From Polyangiales bacterium (lineage in GTDB: Bacteria > Myxococcota_A > Polyangia > Polyangiales > Polyangiaceae): a DNA stretch of 64,000 bases. The translations under genes were made by a program, and so were the position numbers. Positions 10,240-19,593 of this stretch are shown in pieces. Every line of letters starts with the position of its first letter. Positions within the stretch are counted from its first letter, which is position 1. The stretch spans positions 544,001 through 608,000 of the forward strand of contig JBBRLQ010000001.1 in assembly GCA_038231275.1 (NCBI GenBank), in the 5' to 3' direction. The notes below the pieces were generated by a model. The model worked only from the letters and a program-made list of their open reading frames with translations, did no database searches and had not been told where the DNA came from.

Positions 10240-11022
10240 TCAGGGGCAGCTCGCCTTGCACACGCCGTCGACGCACATCGTGCCGGCGCAGCACGCGGAG
10301 TAATCGGTCGTGCAGGTGCCGCACGCGGAGACCGAGATGCCGCGCGACGCGAAGTCGATGCACGTACCGGTCGTCTCACCGCTGCACGCGCACGGTTCGC
10401 CGCCGTCGCCTGCCTGACAGCGCCGCGCCGACGCGCACACGCGCCCGTTTCCGCAATCCGCGGATGCGCTGCAGGTCACGGGCGGCGCGGAGGGAACGGT
10501 GCACGCGTCGCCCTTCACGCAGACGTTTCCGCAGACGTCGCCCGAGCAGCACGCGCCGCTGGGGCACGCGTGGCAGATCCCTTCGCGCGTGCACACGCCG
10601 CAGAGGACCACGCCGGTCGCGCATCCGACGGCGGTGTTGGTGGTCGCAGAGGGGCACGCGTCGCCGGTGCAGCACGGCGTGTCGATCGGAACGCACGCCG
10701 CGCCGCAGTGATGTTGGCCCGCAGGGCAGTCGAGGCTCCCCGTCGTGCCGGCGCCGCCGCAACAGAACGCGCTCGCCGCGCCGCCTGCGACGCACGCGCG
10801 CGCCGCGCGGAGGAAGCACCCGAAGGTGCCCTCGCAGTACGAGCTCGTCACGCCGGTCCCGTCGTCGCAGCAAACGGTCCCTGCGGGGCGACATCCGTTG
10901 CCGCACGGAGCCTGGCCGACGTCGCATCCGACGGCTTGGCGCGTGTTCGCGGGAGCCGTCCCCTTCGAGGCGCATGCGACCACGACGAGGGCGACGGCCG
11001 CGATGACTGAGGCGCCGCGCAT
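10240..11022 (-). CDS. Cys-rich lipoprotein
   Basis: MRGASVIAAVALVVVAC lipobox followed by dense Cys repeats. Confidence 0.75.
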   Translation of the reverse strand: MRGASVIAAVALVVVACASKGTAPANTRQAVGCDVGQAPCGNGCRPAGTVCCDDGTGVTSSYCEGTFGCFLRAARACVAGGAASAFCCGGAGTTGSLDCPAGQHHCGAACVPIDTPCCTGDACPSATTNTAVGCATGVVLCGVCTREGICHACPSGACCSGDVCGNVCVKGDACTVPSAPPVTCSASADCGNGRVCASARRCQAGDGGEPCACSGETTGTCIDFASRGISVSACGTCTTDYSACCAGTMCVDGVCKASCP

Positions 11023-11158
11023 CCTCTTGAATTTAGCCAGATCCTGCGCGAACCGCCACGCCGTCGCGCACGAAATGGCACGCTCTTCACGACACCGATG
11101 TCGCGTTTCCCCGGCGCATGGATCGGCGCTACCCTGGATTCGCCAGAGAATTCGGGCG

Positions 11159-11174
11159 CGGCACACCTCCTGCG
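11159..11174 (+). promoter_or_regulatory. Candidate sigma54 promoter
   Basis: CGGCACACCTCCTGCG fits GG-N10-GC upstream of ATG 11221. Confidence 0.35.
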
Positions 11175-11220
11175 TAGGGGCATGCACAACGTGACTCGAT
11201 TCGAGGAGAAGGTTTTCATC

Positions 11221-12318
11221 ATGAACGGGCTCGGCAAAGCTCTCGCACTGGTCCTCCCGCTCGCGGCCGTCTGGACCGGCTGCATCACCCACCACGCCGA
11301 TCCGCCGATCACCGATCCCGCCGCGCTCACTCCGCCCGCCGCGGGCAGCGGCTTTCAGATCAAGACCGACAGCTTCGAGATCGCGGCCGGCGTCGAGGAG
11401 CAGGATTGTTACTTCTTCAAGGTCGGCGACGTCGCCGCCGCCGCGGGGATGCCCGCCGGTCAGCCGGTGAATTTGCACCGCGTGCAGATCGTTCAGAAGG
11501 AGGGCAGCCACCACATGAACATCTTCCGCGTGCGGAGCATCAAGGGCCTCGACCCGACGAAGGGCACCGTGCGCGGGCATGACACGACGAGCGAGTGCTT
11601 CAAGAGCCCGAACTGGAGCGACTGGCCGCTCGTCGCGAACACGCAGCAGAAGGGCGACATCGACTGGACGTATCCGGACGGCGTCGCCAACGTGCTCCAG
11701 GCCGACGAGTGGCTGATGCTCCAGACCCACTACGTGAACGCGACCACGCAGAAGGTGCCCGACAACAAGGGCGCCGTCTCCGTGAACTTCTACGCGCTCC
11801 CGCAGAACGAGGTGAAGTACGAGCTCGGCACGGTCTTCGCGAGCAAGCAGTCCATCCGCATCTGCTCGAAGAACCCGACGCCGACGTTCGAAGGCAGCTG
11901 CCAGATCAAGAGCGCGTCGCCGGTCACCGTCATCGGCGCGAACGGCCACTTCCACGGCCGCGGCAAGGAGTTCGCGATCTACTCGTGGGACGGGAAATCG
12001 ACGACGACGCCCGCCGAGTCGCAGCGCTTCTACACGTCGCAGCAGTGGGACGATCCGCCGATGCTTCGCTCGCCGTCGCTGACCGCGGACCTGCCGGCGA
12101 ACGGCGGCATCTGGTACTCGTGCTCGTACCAGTGGGCGCCGCCGGAGCCGTCCGCGGGCGGCTGCGACGCGCTGAACGCGTACGACGCGACCAAATACCA
12201 GACGCCCGCCGATCAGCAGGACTGCTGCTACACGTTCGGCCCGATCGTCGAGAAGAACGAGCACTGCAACGCGTTCGTCTACTACTACCCGAAGCAGGAC
12301 AACATCGCCTGCAACTAG
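11221..12318 (+). CDS. Lipoprotein with PHM-like copper monooxygenase domains (EHC in place of EMC)
   Basis: Lipobox WTGC; SHHMNIF, LQTHYVN, NGHFHGRG and NEHCNAFVYYY motifs; GAGGAG upstream. Confidence 0.75.
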   Translation: MNGLGKALALVLPLAAVWTGCITHHADPPITDPAALTPPAAGSGFQIKTDSFEIAAGVEEQDCYFFKVGDVAAAAGMPAGQPVNLHRVQIVQKEGSHHMNIFRVRSIKGLDPTKGTVRGHDTTSECFKSPNWSDWPLVANTQQKGDIDWTYPDGVANVLQADEWLMLQTHYVNATTQKVPDNKGAVSVNFYALPQNEVKYELGTVFASKQSIRICSKNPTPTFEGSCQIKSASPVTVIGANGHFHGRGKEFAIYSWDGKSTTTPAESQRFYTSQQWDDPPMLRSPSLTADLPANGGIWYSCSYQWAPPEPSAGGCDALNAYDATKYQTPADQQDCCYTFGPIVEKNEHCNAFVYYYPKQDNIACN

Positions 12319-12326
12319 GTCCGCCC

Positions 12327-13010
12327 GTGCTTCGCGCTTTCTTACCCGCCATCCCGCTCGTCCTCGTGTTCTCCGTGTCGGCGTGCAGCCCGAGCAGCGC
12401 GGGGCCGGGGAAGAGCGACGCCGCGCCCGAAGGCGGCAGCTGCGGCGTCGCGTTCCTCGGCGATCCGACGAAGGACATCGAGTTCGAGTTTCGCGCGCTT
12501 CACGCCGACGGGACCGACGCGCCGCTGGCCGATCAGGGAGATCTCGCGCTCATCTTTCCGCCGCAGGGCGGGCGCGTGGCGTTCGTCGGAGTGCGCGCGA
12601 CGAACCTCGATCCGTGCGGCGTGCAGCTCACCGGCGCGCTGCGTGACGAGCCGACGCAGCAGGTGCGCGTCGACGCGCGCACGGTGAACCTCCTGTCCTC
12701 CGGCGACGGGTGGGGCACGAGCGCGCCACCGTCGCAGACCATCTCCGCCGCGCGCGACACGTACTCGAACGTACCGCTCTGCCCGAATCAGTGGGCGTCG
12801 ACCGACGTGTTCGACCATGAATTTCAACTCGAGGTCACCTTGAAGGATCGCGGAAAGCGCACGATGACGAAATCGATCAAGGTCACGCCGCGCTGCGCGG
12901 AGCCGGGGCGCACGGTCGAGTGCCGTTGCATCTGCAAAGTCGGCTACGTGCTGGGCGAGGCGTGCGGCGTCGAGGACGGGGGCGTCGACGACGCGGCGGG
13001 GGGCGGATGA
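12327..13010 (+). CDS. Hypothetical lipoprotein
   Basis: GTG start 8 bp after the previous stop; lipobox VSAC; its stop overlaps the next ATG (ATGA). Confidence 0.75.
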   Translation: MLRAFLPAIPLVLVFSVSACSPSSAGPGKSDAAPEGGSCGVAFLGDPTKDIEFEFRALHADGTDAPLADQGDLALIFPPQGGRVAFVGVRATNLDPCGVQLTGALRDEPTQQVRVDARTVNLLSSGDGWGTSAPPSQTISAARDTYSNVPLCPNQWASTDVFDHEFQLEVTLKDRGKRTMTKSIKVTPRCAEPGRTVECRCICKVGYVLGEACGVEDGGVDDAAGGG

Positions 13011-14086
13011 ACCGCACGATCACGTTCGTTGCCGGCGCGGCCTTCGCGCTCGCTTTGTCGGCGTGCCCGGGCGGGACCAACCCCGTCACGATCAACGACG
13101 CCGGGCCCGACGCGCAAGTCGACGCCGGCCCGCGCGAGTGGAAGGTAGTGCTGCAGAAGCTCGACGGCGCGCTCCTCAGCATTTGGGGATCGAGCGCCAC
13201 GGACGTGTACGCCGTTGGTGGCCCGCACGGCAACGCCGGCTTCAATGCGCTCGTGATGCACTTCGACGGCGCGACGTGGAAGCGCCTCGACGCCGCAAAC
13301 ACCGACACGTACTGGTGGGTCTACGGCATCGGGCCGAAGGATGTGTGGATGACCGGCGAAAATGGCCGGATCTCCCACTGGGACGGCGCAGCGTTCAAGC
13401 ATTACGCCTCGGGAACGACGGCGACGATCTTCGGCGTGTGGGCGGCGTCGGCGACCGAAGCGTGGGCGGTCGGCGGCACACCCGGCGCGACCGGCAGCGA
13501 TCCGAACGATCTGCTCCTTCACTTCGATGGCACGACCTGGTCGCCGTCGCCGCTCCCGAAGAAGCTCGGTCGCACGTATTTCAAAGTATGGGGCACCGGG
13601 CCCGACGACGTGTTCGTCGTGGGCGAGGCGGGGACGATCTGGCACCGCACCGGCGGCGCGTGGACGCTCATGAGCGAGCCTCCCGTCGCGCACGGCACGC
13701 TCCTCACCGTGCACGGCTGCGCGCCGAACGACGTGTACGCGGTCGGCTCGCGCGACGTCCTCCACTACGACGGCGCCGCGTGGAAGCCCGAGCCCGTCAC
13801 GCTCTTGAACGACGTGAACGGCGTGTCGTGCGGCGCGCGCAACGGCGCCGGCGAGGTGCTCATCGTCGGCAGCGGCGGCTTGCGCCAGCGTCGCGAAGAA
13901 GCCGCGTGGCAAGACGACTTCGGCGCGCCGCCGTACAAGGATTTGCACGGGGCATGGGTCGATCCGAAAGGTGGCCTCTGGGCGGTCGGTGGCGATTTCG
14001 TCGCGCAGCCGCAGCCCAACGTCACGCGCGACGGCGTGATCGCGCACTACGGCGACACGGACGTGCCCACGACGATCACGCCATAA
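13007..14086 (+). CDS. Beta-propeller repeat lipoprotein
   Basis: Lipobox LSAC; repeated (I/V)WG..(DV/EA)(Y/W/F)AVG...HFDG..W blades. Confidence 0.8.
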   Translation: MNRTITFVAGAAFALALSACPGGTNPVTINDAGPDAQVDAGPREWKVVLQKLDGALLSIWGSSATDVYAVGGPHGNAGFNALVMHFDGATWKRLDAANTDTYWWVYGIGPKDVWMTGENGRISHWDGAAFKHYASGTTATIFGVWAASATEAWAVGGTPGATGSDPNDLLLHFDGTTWSPSPLPKKLGRTYFKVWGTGPDDVFVVGEAGTIWHRTGGAWTLMSEPPVAHGTLLTVHGCAPNDVYAVGSRDVLHYDGAAWKPEPVTLLNDVNGVSCGARNGAGEVLIVGSGGLRQRREEAAWQDDFGAPPYKDLHGAWVDPKGGLWAVGGDFVAQPQPNVTRDGVIAHYGDTDVPTTITP

Positions 14087-14136
14087 ACCGCCCGCGCGGC
14101 GCGAAATTGACGGCGAAAAGGCGCTATTCTGAGCTC

Positions 14137-14874
14137 GTGGCGCGCGTCCTTCAGCACATCGTCGAAGATCCGCGCCCATGCTCTTACCTGTCCGAGGTGA
14201 AGGCGAGCCTCGAGGTTCGCGTGCTCGTGGACGTCGTGCCCCAGGAGCTCGAAGCGCTGCTCGAGCGCGGGTGGCGTCGCTTCGGCGCCGTCTACTTTCG
14301 CCCCGCCTGCTCGCCGTGCGGCGAGTGCGTCACGCTGCGCATCGTCGTCGCCGACTTCGCACCGAGCAAGAGTCAGCGCCGCGCGGCGAAGGCGACCGCG
14401 CATCTCCGCCGTGTCGTCGGCAAACCGGTCGTCGACCCCAAGCGCCTCGCGCTCTACGAGAAGTGGCACTCGAATCGCGAATCGTCGCGCGGCTGGGAGC
14501 CGAGCGAGATCGACGCCGAGCGCTACAAGAACGACTTCGCATTCCCGCACCCCTGCGCGCGCGAGGTCACGTTTTACGACGACGACGCGAAGAAGCTCGT
14601 CGGCGTCGGCCTCGTCGACGAGACGCCGCGCGCCTTCTCGGCGGCGTATTTTTATTACGATCCGGAGTACGCGAAGATATCGCTCGGCACCGCGAACGTG
14701 CTCGGCCTCGTCGACGACGCGAAGCGCAAGGGCAAGCCGCACGTCTACCTCGGCTACCGCGTCCGCGGGTGCGCGTCGCTGGCGTACAAGGAGTCGTTCG
14801 GCCCCCACGAGCTGCTCGTTGGCCGGCCGGAGCTGAGCGAGCGCCCCGAGTGGCGACCTGCGGAGGGGACCTAG
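14137..14874 (+). CDS. ate: Arginyl/leucyl-tRNA--protein transferase (ATE1-like, Bpt)
   Basis: PCSYL, GWRRFGAVYFRPACSPCGEC, SLGTANVL and VYLGYRV motifs. Confidence 0.88.
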   Translation: MARVLQHIVEDPRPCSYLSEVKASLEVRVLVDVVPQELEALLERGWRRFGAVYFRPACSPCGECVTLRIVVADFAPSKSQRRAAKATAHLRRVVGKPVVDPKRLALYEKWHSNRESSRGWEPSEIDAERYKNDFAFPHPCAREVTFYDDDAKKLVGVGLVDETPRAFSAAYFYYDPEYAKISLGTANVLGLVDDAKRKGKPHVYLGYRVRGCASLAYKESFGPHELLVGRPELSERPEWRPAEGT

Positions 14875-15044
14875 TCGTGGTGAAGAAAGCCGTGCGCGCG
14901 CTGTCGGCGACGGTGTGGCGGTCGTGCTGAAAGCGCATCCACGCCCCACGCGGCAACGCGCCGCTGCGCCGATCGAGGCGCACTTTCGGCTGCGGAGGGG
15001 GAAGGCCTAGAAGGTGCACCCCGCAACGCTGGACCTATCAATCC

Positions 15045-15905
15045 TTGCGAGACCCACGACGAAGCTGCGCGCTCCTCCTGGGCCTCCTTTGTCCGGCGTG
15101 TTCCTTTCCCGACGTTCGCTACGCGATCGAGGACGGAGGGTCTCTTGACTCCTCCGTCGATGCGCCGCCCGAGGCCGCGGATGTCGACGCCGCCGCCGAC
15201 GCTGACGCGGCCCCGGCCATCGACGCATCAGAGGGCGACGCGGCGGACACCGGACCCGATGCGCTGGACGCGGAGGCCGGAGTGCCCGGTCCTTCGCTGG
15301 GGCAGGCGGCGAAATTCGCGGTTCTCGCCGGCACGACGGTGACGAACACCGGGCCGAGCTCCATCGTCGGAGACCTCGGCGTCGCCCCGGGCACCGCGGT
15401 CACAGGCATCACGCCGGCGATGGTCGTGGGGGCCATTCACGCGGGTGACGCCGCCGCCCTCGCGGCCCAGCAGGATTTGACGGGCGCGAACAACGCCCTG
15501 CGACGCGACGCGTGCACGACCGATCTGACCGGCAGCGATCTCGGCGGTCGCACGCTGACCTCGGGCGTGTACTGTTTTCCGACGTCGGACGCGAAGCTCA
15601 CGGGGACGCTCGTCCTCGACGCCAAGGGCGACGCGCGCGCGGTTTTCATTTTTCAGATGGCGCTGGCGTTCTCGACGACGGCGACCTCGCGCGTGCAGCT
15701 CGTCGGCGGTGCGGTTGCGTGCAACGTCTTCTGGCAGGTCGGCAGCTCCGCGACGATCGGCGGCGCGAGCACGTTCGCCGGAAACATCCTGGCGACCACG
15801 AGCATCACCCTCGGCGCAGGCGTCCTCGTGGACGGGCGAGCCCTCGCGCTGAACGGCGCGGTGACGATGGACACCAGCACCGTCTCCCTAATGGCCTGTC
15901 CCTAG
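15045..15905 (+). CDS. DUF3494 ice-binding-like lipoprotein
   Basis: FAVLAGTTVTNTG, DLGGRTLTSGVY, VFIFQ and NVFWQVGSSATIG...FAGNILA...GRALA motifs; N-terminal lipobox and acidic linker. Confidence 0.88.
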   Translation: MRDPRRSCALLLGLLCPACSFPDVRYAIEDGGSLDSSVDAPPEAADVDAAADADAAPAIDASEGDAADTGPDALDAEAGVPGPSLGQAAKFAVLAGTTVTNTGPSSIVGDLGVAPGTAVTGITPAMVVGAIHAGDAAALAAQQDLTGANNALRRDACTTDLTGSDLGGRTLTSGVYCFPTSDAKLTGTLVLDAKGDARAVFIFQMALAFSTTATSRVQLVGGAVACNVFWQVGSSATIGGASTFAGNILATTSITLGAGVLVDGRALALNGAVTMDTSTVSLMACP

Positions 15906-15974
15906 CTGCCCCAGCAGCGCGGCGGCGTGCGGAGGAGGCGTAGTCGGGTAGACTGGCGGGAGCGAAGCTCACCA

Positions 15975-16055
15975 GCACGGGTGGCGAAATGGCAGACGCA
16001 GCGGATTTAGGTTCCGCCGCCGAAAGGCGTGGGGGTTCAAGTCCCCCCCCGTGCA
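15975..16055 (+). tRNA. tRNA-Leu (TAG), CCA not encoded
   Basis: Acceptor GCACGGG/CCCGTGC, anticodon arm GCGGA-TTTAGGT-TCCGC, long variable arm, T-loop GGTTCAAGTCC. Confidence 0.95.
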
Positions 16056-16181
16056 CTTTTGAGGGGTTGGCGCTGAAACCTGCGCCGTCGCCTCACCGTT
16101 TGCCGCCGCGGTTGCCGCCGCGAACACGGCGGCAGCGTTGACGGCGGCCAGCTCCGGGACGATCCCGGCGAAGTCGGAGAA

Positions 16182-16299
16182 TGAAGAACGGTTGCAGGAC
16201 TCGCGAGGTCATGGACCGTCGGCCGTATTGACGATGTCGCCGCGGGAGACGATGTCGCCGCGGAGGGATGCTGACGCCGTCACGATCGCGTCCACGATT
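16182..16299 (+). repeat. Degenerate direct repeat, copy 1 (contains an internal 16-bp tandem duplication GACGATGTCGCCGCGG)
   Basis: Shares TGAAGAAnGGTTGCAGG(a)CTCGCGAGGTCAT...ATGTCGCCGCGGAGGG...TCACGATCG..TCCACGATT with 17478-17554. Confidence 0.75.
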
Positions 16300-16301
16300 A
16301 C

Positions 16302-17375
16302 TCAACCTGCAGCGTAACCATTCTGAACGTACGGCGTCCCATCCGGCTCGCGCGGCGTCCAGCGAAGGCGCAGCTCGCCGGTGCCAGCGCGAAGGGGAGT
16401 CAGGCCCAGCTGCAGCGCGATCTTCGGCTCCACGCCCTCCATCGTGAGGAAGGGCCCGTAGTCCTTCCACACCGGAGCGCTCGCGGCGGGCACTCCCCCG
16501 AGCGTGGCCACGAACCAGCGTGCGCTACCCTCCGTTCGCGTCGTGAGCTCCGCGGTGACCCCCTGTGCCGACACGCTTCTTGCCAGCGTCACGAGCTTGG
16601 TGTCGAGCGCGCCGCCGCGGATCGCCACCTCCAGCGCGCCCGAGGCGCCTCCGATGCTCTCGACCATCGCGTCGTACTCTCCCGGACCGGCCGCGAGGTG
16701 CAGGCGGATCGTCTGCTGGTCGTGTGCGATTTCGTTTCCGAGTCGCGAACCCAGCGCGCGGAGGACGGGACGCCCGGCGATCGGCTGCCGCGACACGGGA
16801 GGCGGCTGCATGAAGCGGAGGCGCTGCACCCCCGGCGCATTCGGGTCGATGTTATCCGGATACAGGCTCCGTTCGTGCAGTCCGACGAGCGCGCCGAGCT
16901 CGACGAGCGCGGCCTCCGGGTCCAGCCCCTCGCCGCGCGCCCGCGTGAAGAGGCGCTTCACGTCGCGCCATCCGAAGTTGCCGACGCACAACGAGTCCCA
17001 GCGACGAGGCTGACCGGCGACTTCCCGCGCCGCGCGATCGATGGCGGCGCCATCACGGTCGCTGCAGAAAATATCGACCTCGGCGCCGTCGTTGTAGAGG
17101 CGCGCGTCCAGTACGTCACTGTCGAAAATGGAAGTGACGAGGACCCGCGTCCTCAACGCAGACGACAGGCTGATCGCGGCATCCCAGATGGGGATGGGAC
17201 TGTAGATGGAGGCCCAGCCCTTCGAGCCCTTGTCCGCCGCAACGATGACGTCGTGGTCCGCCGGTGCGCCTGCTTCGGCCTCGCGGTACCCGCGGGCGAG
17301 CGCGAGCTCTCGAAGCGCGCGGGTAACCTTGGCGACGGTGCTTCGCGCGTGGACGTGCCGGAATTTCGACCCCAT
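16302..17375 (-). CDS. Hypothetical protein (357 aa)
   Basis: Likely start MGSKFRHVH at 17375; globular-looking sequence; no family recognised. Confidence 0.7.
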   Translation of the reverse strand: MGSKFRHVHARSTVAKVTRALRELALARGYREAEAGAPADHDVIVAADKGSKGWASIYSPIPIWDAAISLSSALRTRVLVTSIFDSDVLDARLYNDGAEVDIFCSDRDGAAIDRAAREVAGQPRRWDSLCVGNFGWRDVKRLFTRARGEGLDPEAALVELGALVGLHERSLYPDNIDPNAPGVQRLRFMQPPPVSRQPIAGRPVLRALGSRLGNEIAHDQQTIRLHLAAGPGEYDAMVESIGGASGALEVAIRGGALDTKLVTLARSVSAQGVTAELTTRTEGSARWFVATLGGVPAASAPVWKDYGPFLTMEGVEPKIALQLGLTPLRAGTGELRLRWTPREPDGTPYVQNGYAAG

Positions 17376-17477
17376 GGTGCGCGAGCGTAGCGCGAAGCGA
17401 CGCGCCTCCGTACGTGAGCCGACCCTGCTGACCGACGCCGGCGTGACGTAACGGCACAGATCCTCCGCACCGCCTTT

Positions 17478-17554
17478 TGAAGAATGGTTGCAGGCTCGCG
17501 AGGTCATCATGTCGCCGCGGAGGGCCGCGGACGCAATCACGATCGTCCACGATT
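17478..17554 (+). repeat. Degenerate direct repeat, copy 2
   Basis: Shares three colinear blocks with 16182-16299. Confidence 0.75.
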
Positions 17555-17722
17555 GACGGAAGGCTGCTCCGGCACGCGACGCTGATCTTCTCGGTCGCCA
17601 CCGTTCGTACTCCGAGTGGGAATCATGGGGAGCCCATGCCACGGCGCCGCGTCGCGCGGTTCGGCACGCGCGGAAAATTACCCTCCCGGCCGACGTCGAC
17701 CGTGACGCGAGCGCGCCGCGTA

Positions 17723-17762
17723 GGGCACGGAGATTGCGTAAAGGGTTTGGCACGGGCGCCGC
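17723..17762 (+). promoter_or_regulatory. Two tandem candidate sigma54 promoters
   Basis: GGGCACGGAGATTGC (17723-17737) and TGGCACGGGCGCCGC (17748-17762), both GG-N10-GC, upstream of 17832. Confidence 0.4.
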
Positions 17763-17831
17763 GGCCGATCTCTCGGAGCGCGCGTCGTCGTCCAACCCGG
17801 ACACCCCGTCCGAGAAAGAATAAGGCTCCTC

Positions 17832-18533
17832 ATGGTCAGCGCCCGACTCCTCTTCGTTGCAGCATCCGCGTTCGCGATCCAACTGGCGGCGTGCGGCGGC
17901 AACAGCGATGGCACCAGCCTCACGAGGGGGAGCTCCTCTTCGTCGGGCGGGTCTTCGTCGGGCGGGTCTTCGTCGGGCGGGACCTCCTCGGGATCGGTGC
18001 CGCCGAGCACGCAAAGCGACGGCGGCGGCGTCGCGCCGAGCAGCGACGCGGGATCGACCGCCGACACGGCGCCGACGACCGACCTCTGCACGCCGTACAT
18101 CGGCAAGTGGCTGGCGACGATCGATCCGGGCGCCGTTGCGACGGGGACGGATACCGACCCTCTGGGCGGAAGCATTCCGTTCAGCGGCACCATCGACTTC
18201 ACGTTCGTGCACGACGACGCGGATCTCCCGAACATCCTCGATTTCTCGGGTACCTCGACGATCAAGGCCGCCGGTCAGACGATTACGCAGCCCATCGTGC
18301 CGGCAAAGTCGCCCACGGGCGATCCCAAGGACAGCACGTGCGAAGCGGGCGTTCTGCACTTCCTCGGAGAGGCGAACGTCTCGGGCATCGGCGTCGTCCT
18401 CTTCACGGTGGAAGGGCACCTCGACACGTCAGTGACACCGACCGTCGGGCTGGGGACCTTCACGATGAACACGAAGGACGACAACGGCGCCGCGCTCTCG
18501 GGCAAGGGCACCCTCCACATGGTGCGCCAGTAA
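17832..18533 (+). CDS. Hypothetical lipoprotein with Ser/Gly linker
   Basis: Lipobox LAAC; the SSSGG linker is encoded by a 15-bp tandem repeat TCTTCGTCGGGCGGG. Confidence 0.8.
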   Translation: MVSARLLFVAASAFAIQLAACGGNSDGTSLTRGSSSSSGGSSSGGSSSGGTSSGSVPPSTQSDGGGVAPSSDAGSTADTAPTTDLCTPYIGKWLATIDPGAVATGTDTDPLGGSIPFSGTIDFTFVHDDADLPNILDFSGTSTIKAAGQTITQPIVPAKSPTGDPKDSTCEAGVLHFLGEANVSGIGVVLFTVEGHLDTSVTPTVGLGTFTMNTKDDNGAALSGKGTLHMVRQ

Positions 18534-18593
18534 CGCACGCCGCGGCGGGGGCCCATGGCCCTCGTAAGAAAAATTCGCTGTGACTCGCCGACG

Positions 18594-18640
18594 CGCGCCG
18601 ACGCTCTCCGCGCAGGTGGGGCGTCGGCGCGTTCGTTTTG
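18594..18640 (+). terminator. Rho-independent terminator
   Basis: CGCGCCGACGCTC...GGGCGTCGGCGCG stem followed by TTCGTTTTG. Confidence 0.55.
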
Positions 18641-18812
18641 TGATGCGGCGGTCGCGATCGCGTGCGGGGGGATCCACCACTGTGATCCGTCCGACCAGGG
18701 TCGACGATTGCGATGGGTGACGCGGCGTCGGCGCGTGCGATTGGAAAATTCGTCGTGCGCCGCTCGCACGTGTTGACGCCCGTAGCTCCGTGGGCTCCAT
18801 TGCGCCGCGAAG

Positions 18813-19139
18813 ATGCAGACACCGATCGCCTCCGTCGTCCTCTCCAGCGCGCCGTCCGACAAGGGCCTCGACCTGAGCGAAGAGGACGTGGCGTCCTGGA
18901 TCGCCTTCGCGCGCGAGTGCATCGGCGAGCTTTTTCCGGAGGTCATCGTCACGACGAAGCCGACCGCGGGCACCGAGATCGTCTGCGCGGACCCCTCCTG
19001 GCGCGACGAGCTGCGCGAGCGCGTCAGCGACGCGTGGCACGCGTGGTGTCTCGGCGAGCGGGTCGCCGCAAAGGGGAACGCAGACGCAGACGGGGTGGCG
19101 CGGGACGAGACCGACGCGGTCGTCCGCGCCGCGGGCTGA
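18813..19139 (+). CDS. Hypothetical protein (108 aa)
   Basis: High-GC3 ORF with protein-like composition. Confidence 0.55.
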   Translation: MQTPIASVVLSSAPSDKGLDLSEEDVASWIAFARECIGELFPEVIVTTKPTAGTEIVCADPSWRDELRERVSDAWHAWCLGERVAAKGNADADGVARDETDAVVRAAG

Positions 19140-19147
19140 CGACGCAG

Positions 19148-19579
19148 TCACGACGACGACGAGCCTGGCCCTCGAGGACTCCGCCGAAGCACCGACGCGA
19201 CGAATGAACCGTACGTGACGGCGGCGACTAGGAGTCCGATCGCACCGCCCGCCACCGTCGCGAGCACGCTCCCTGCTCCCAACGATCCAAGCTCCACTCC
19301 GATCCCAACCGCGAGCGCGGTGCCGAGCGCCACACTGATCCATCGCGCCACGCGATGAAAGAGCGCGACGCCGAGGAGCACGAACGTGACCACCGCCGCC
19401 GCGATCGCTGCCCACGGCGGCGCGCCCGCCAGCCACGCCATCACCAGCCCTGCGATGGCCACCCCGAGGTTGAGAATCATCGCGAGCTCCATTCCGGACT
19501 CGGACAGCGGCGCGTCCGGCGCGGACTCGGCTGCGAGATGAAGGCGGAACGCGAGGCGCTGGAGGGGAGAACGAAACAC
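19148..19579 (-). CDS. Small multi-pass membrane protein (start may be 19492)
   Basis: About four hydrophobic segments. Confidence 0.6.
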   Translation of the reverse strand: MFRSPLQRLAFRLHLAAESAPDAPLSESGMELAMILNLGVAIAGLVMAWLAGAPPWAAIAAAVVTFVLLGVALFHRVARWISVALGTALAVGIGVELGSLGAGSVLATVAGGAIGLLVAAVTYGSFVASVLRRSPRGPGSSSS

Positions 19580-19593
19580 CGCCCCAGTCTATG

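Noticed and set aside
14107-14130. TTGACG...TATTCT sigma70-like promoter before ate
   Set aside because: The spacer is only 12 bp.
16182-16200. TGA followed by GGTTGCAGG, resembling the E. coli fdhF SECIS (also at 17478)
   Set aside because: The spacing is too short, there is no complementary 3' arm, and there is no plausible Sec-containing ORF.
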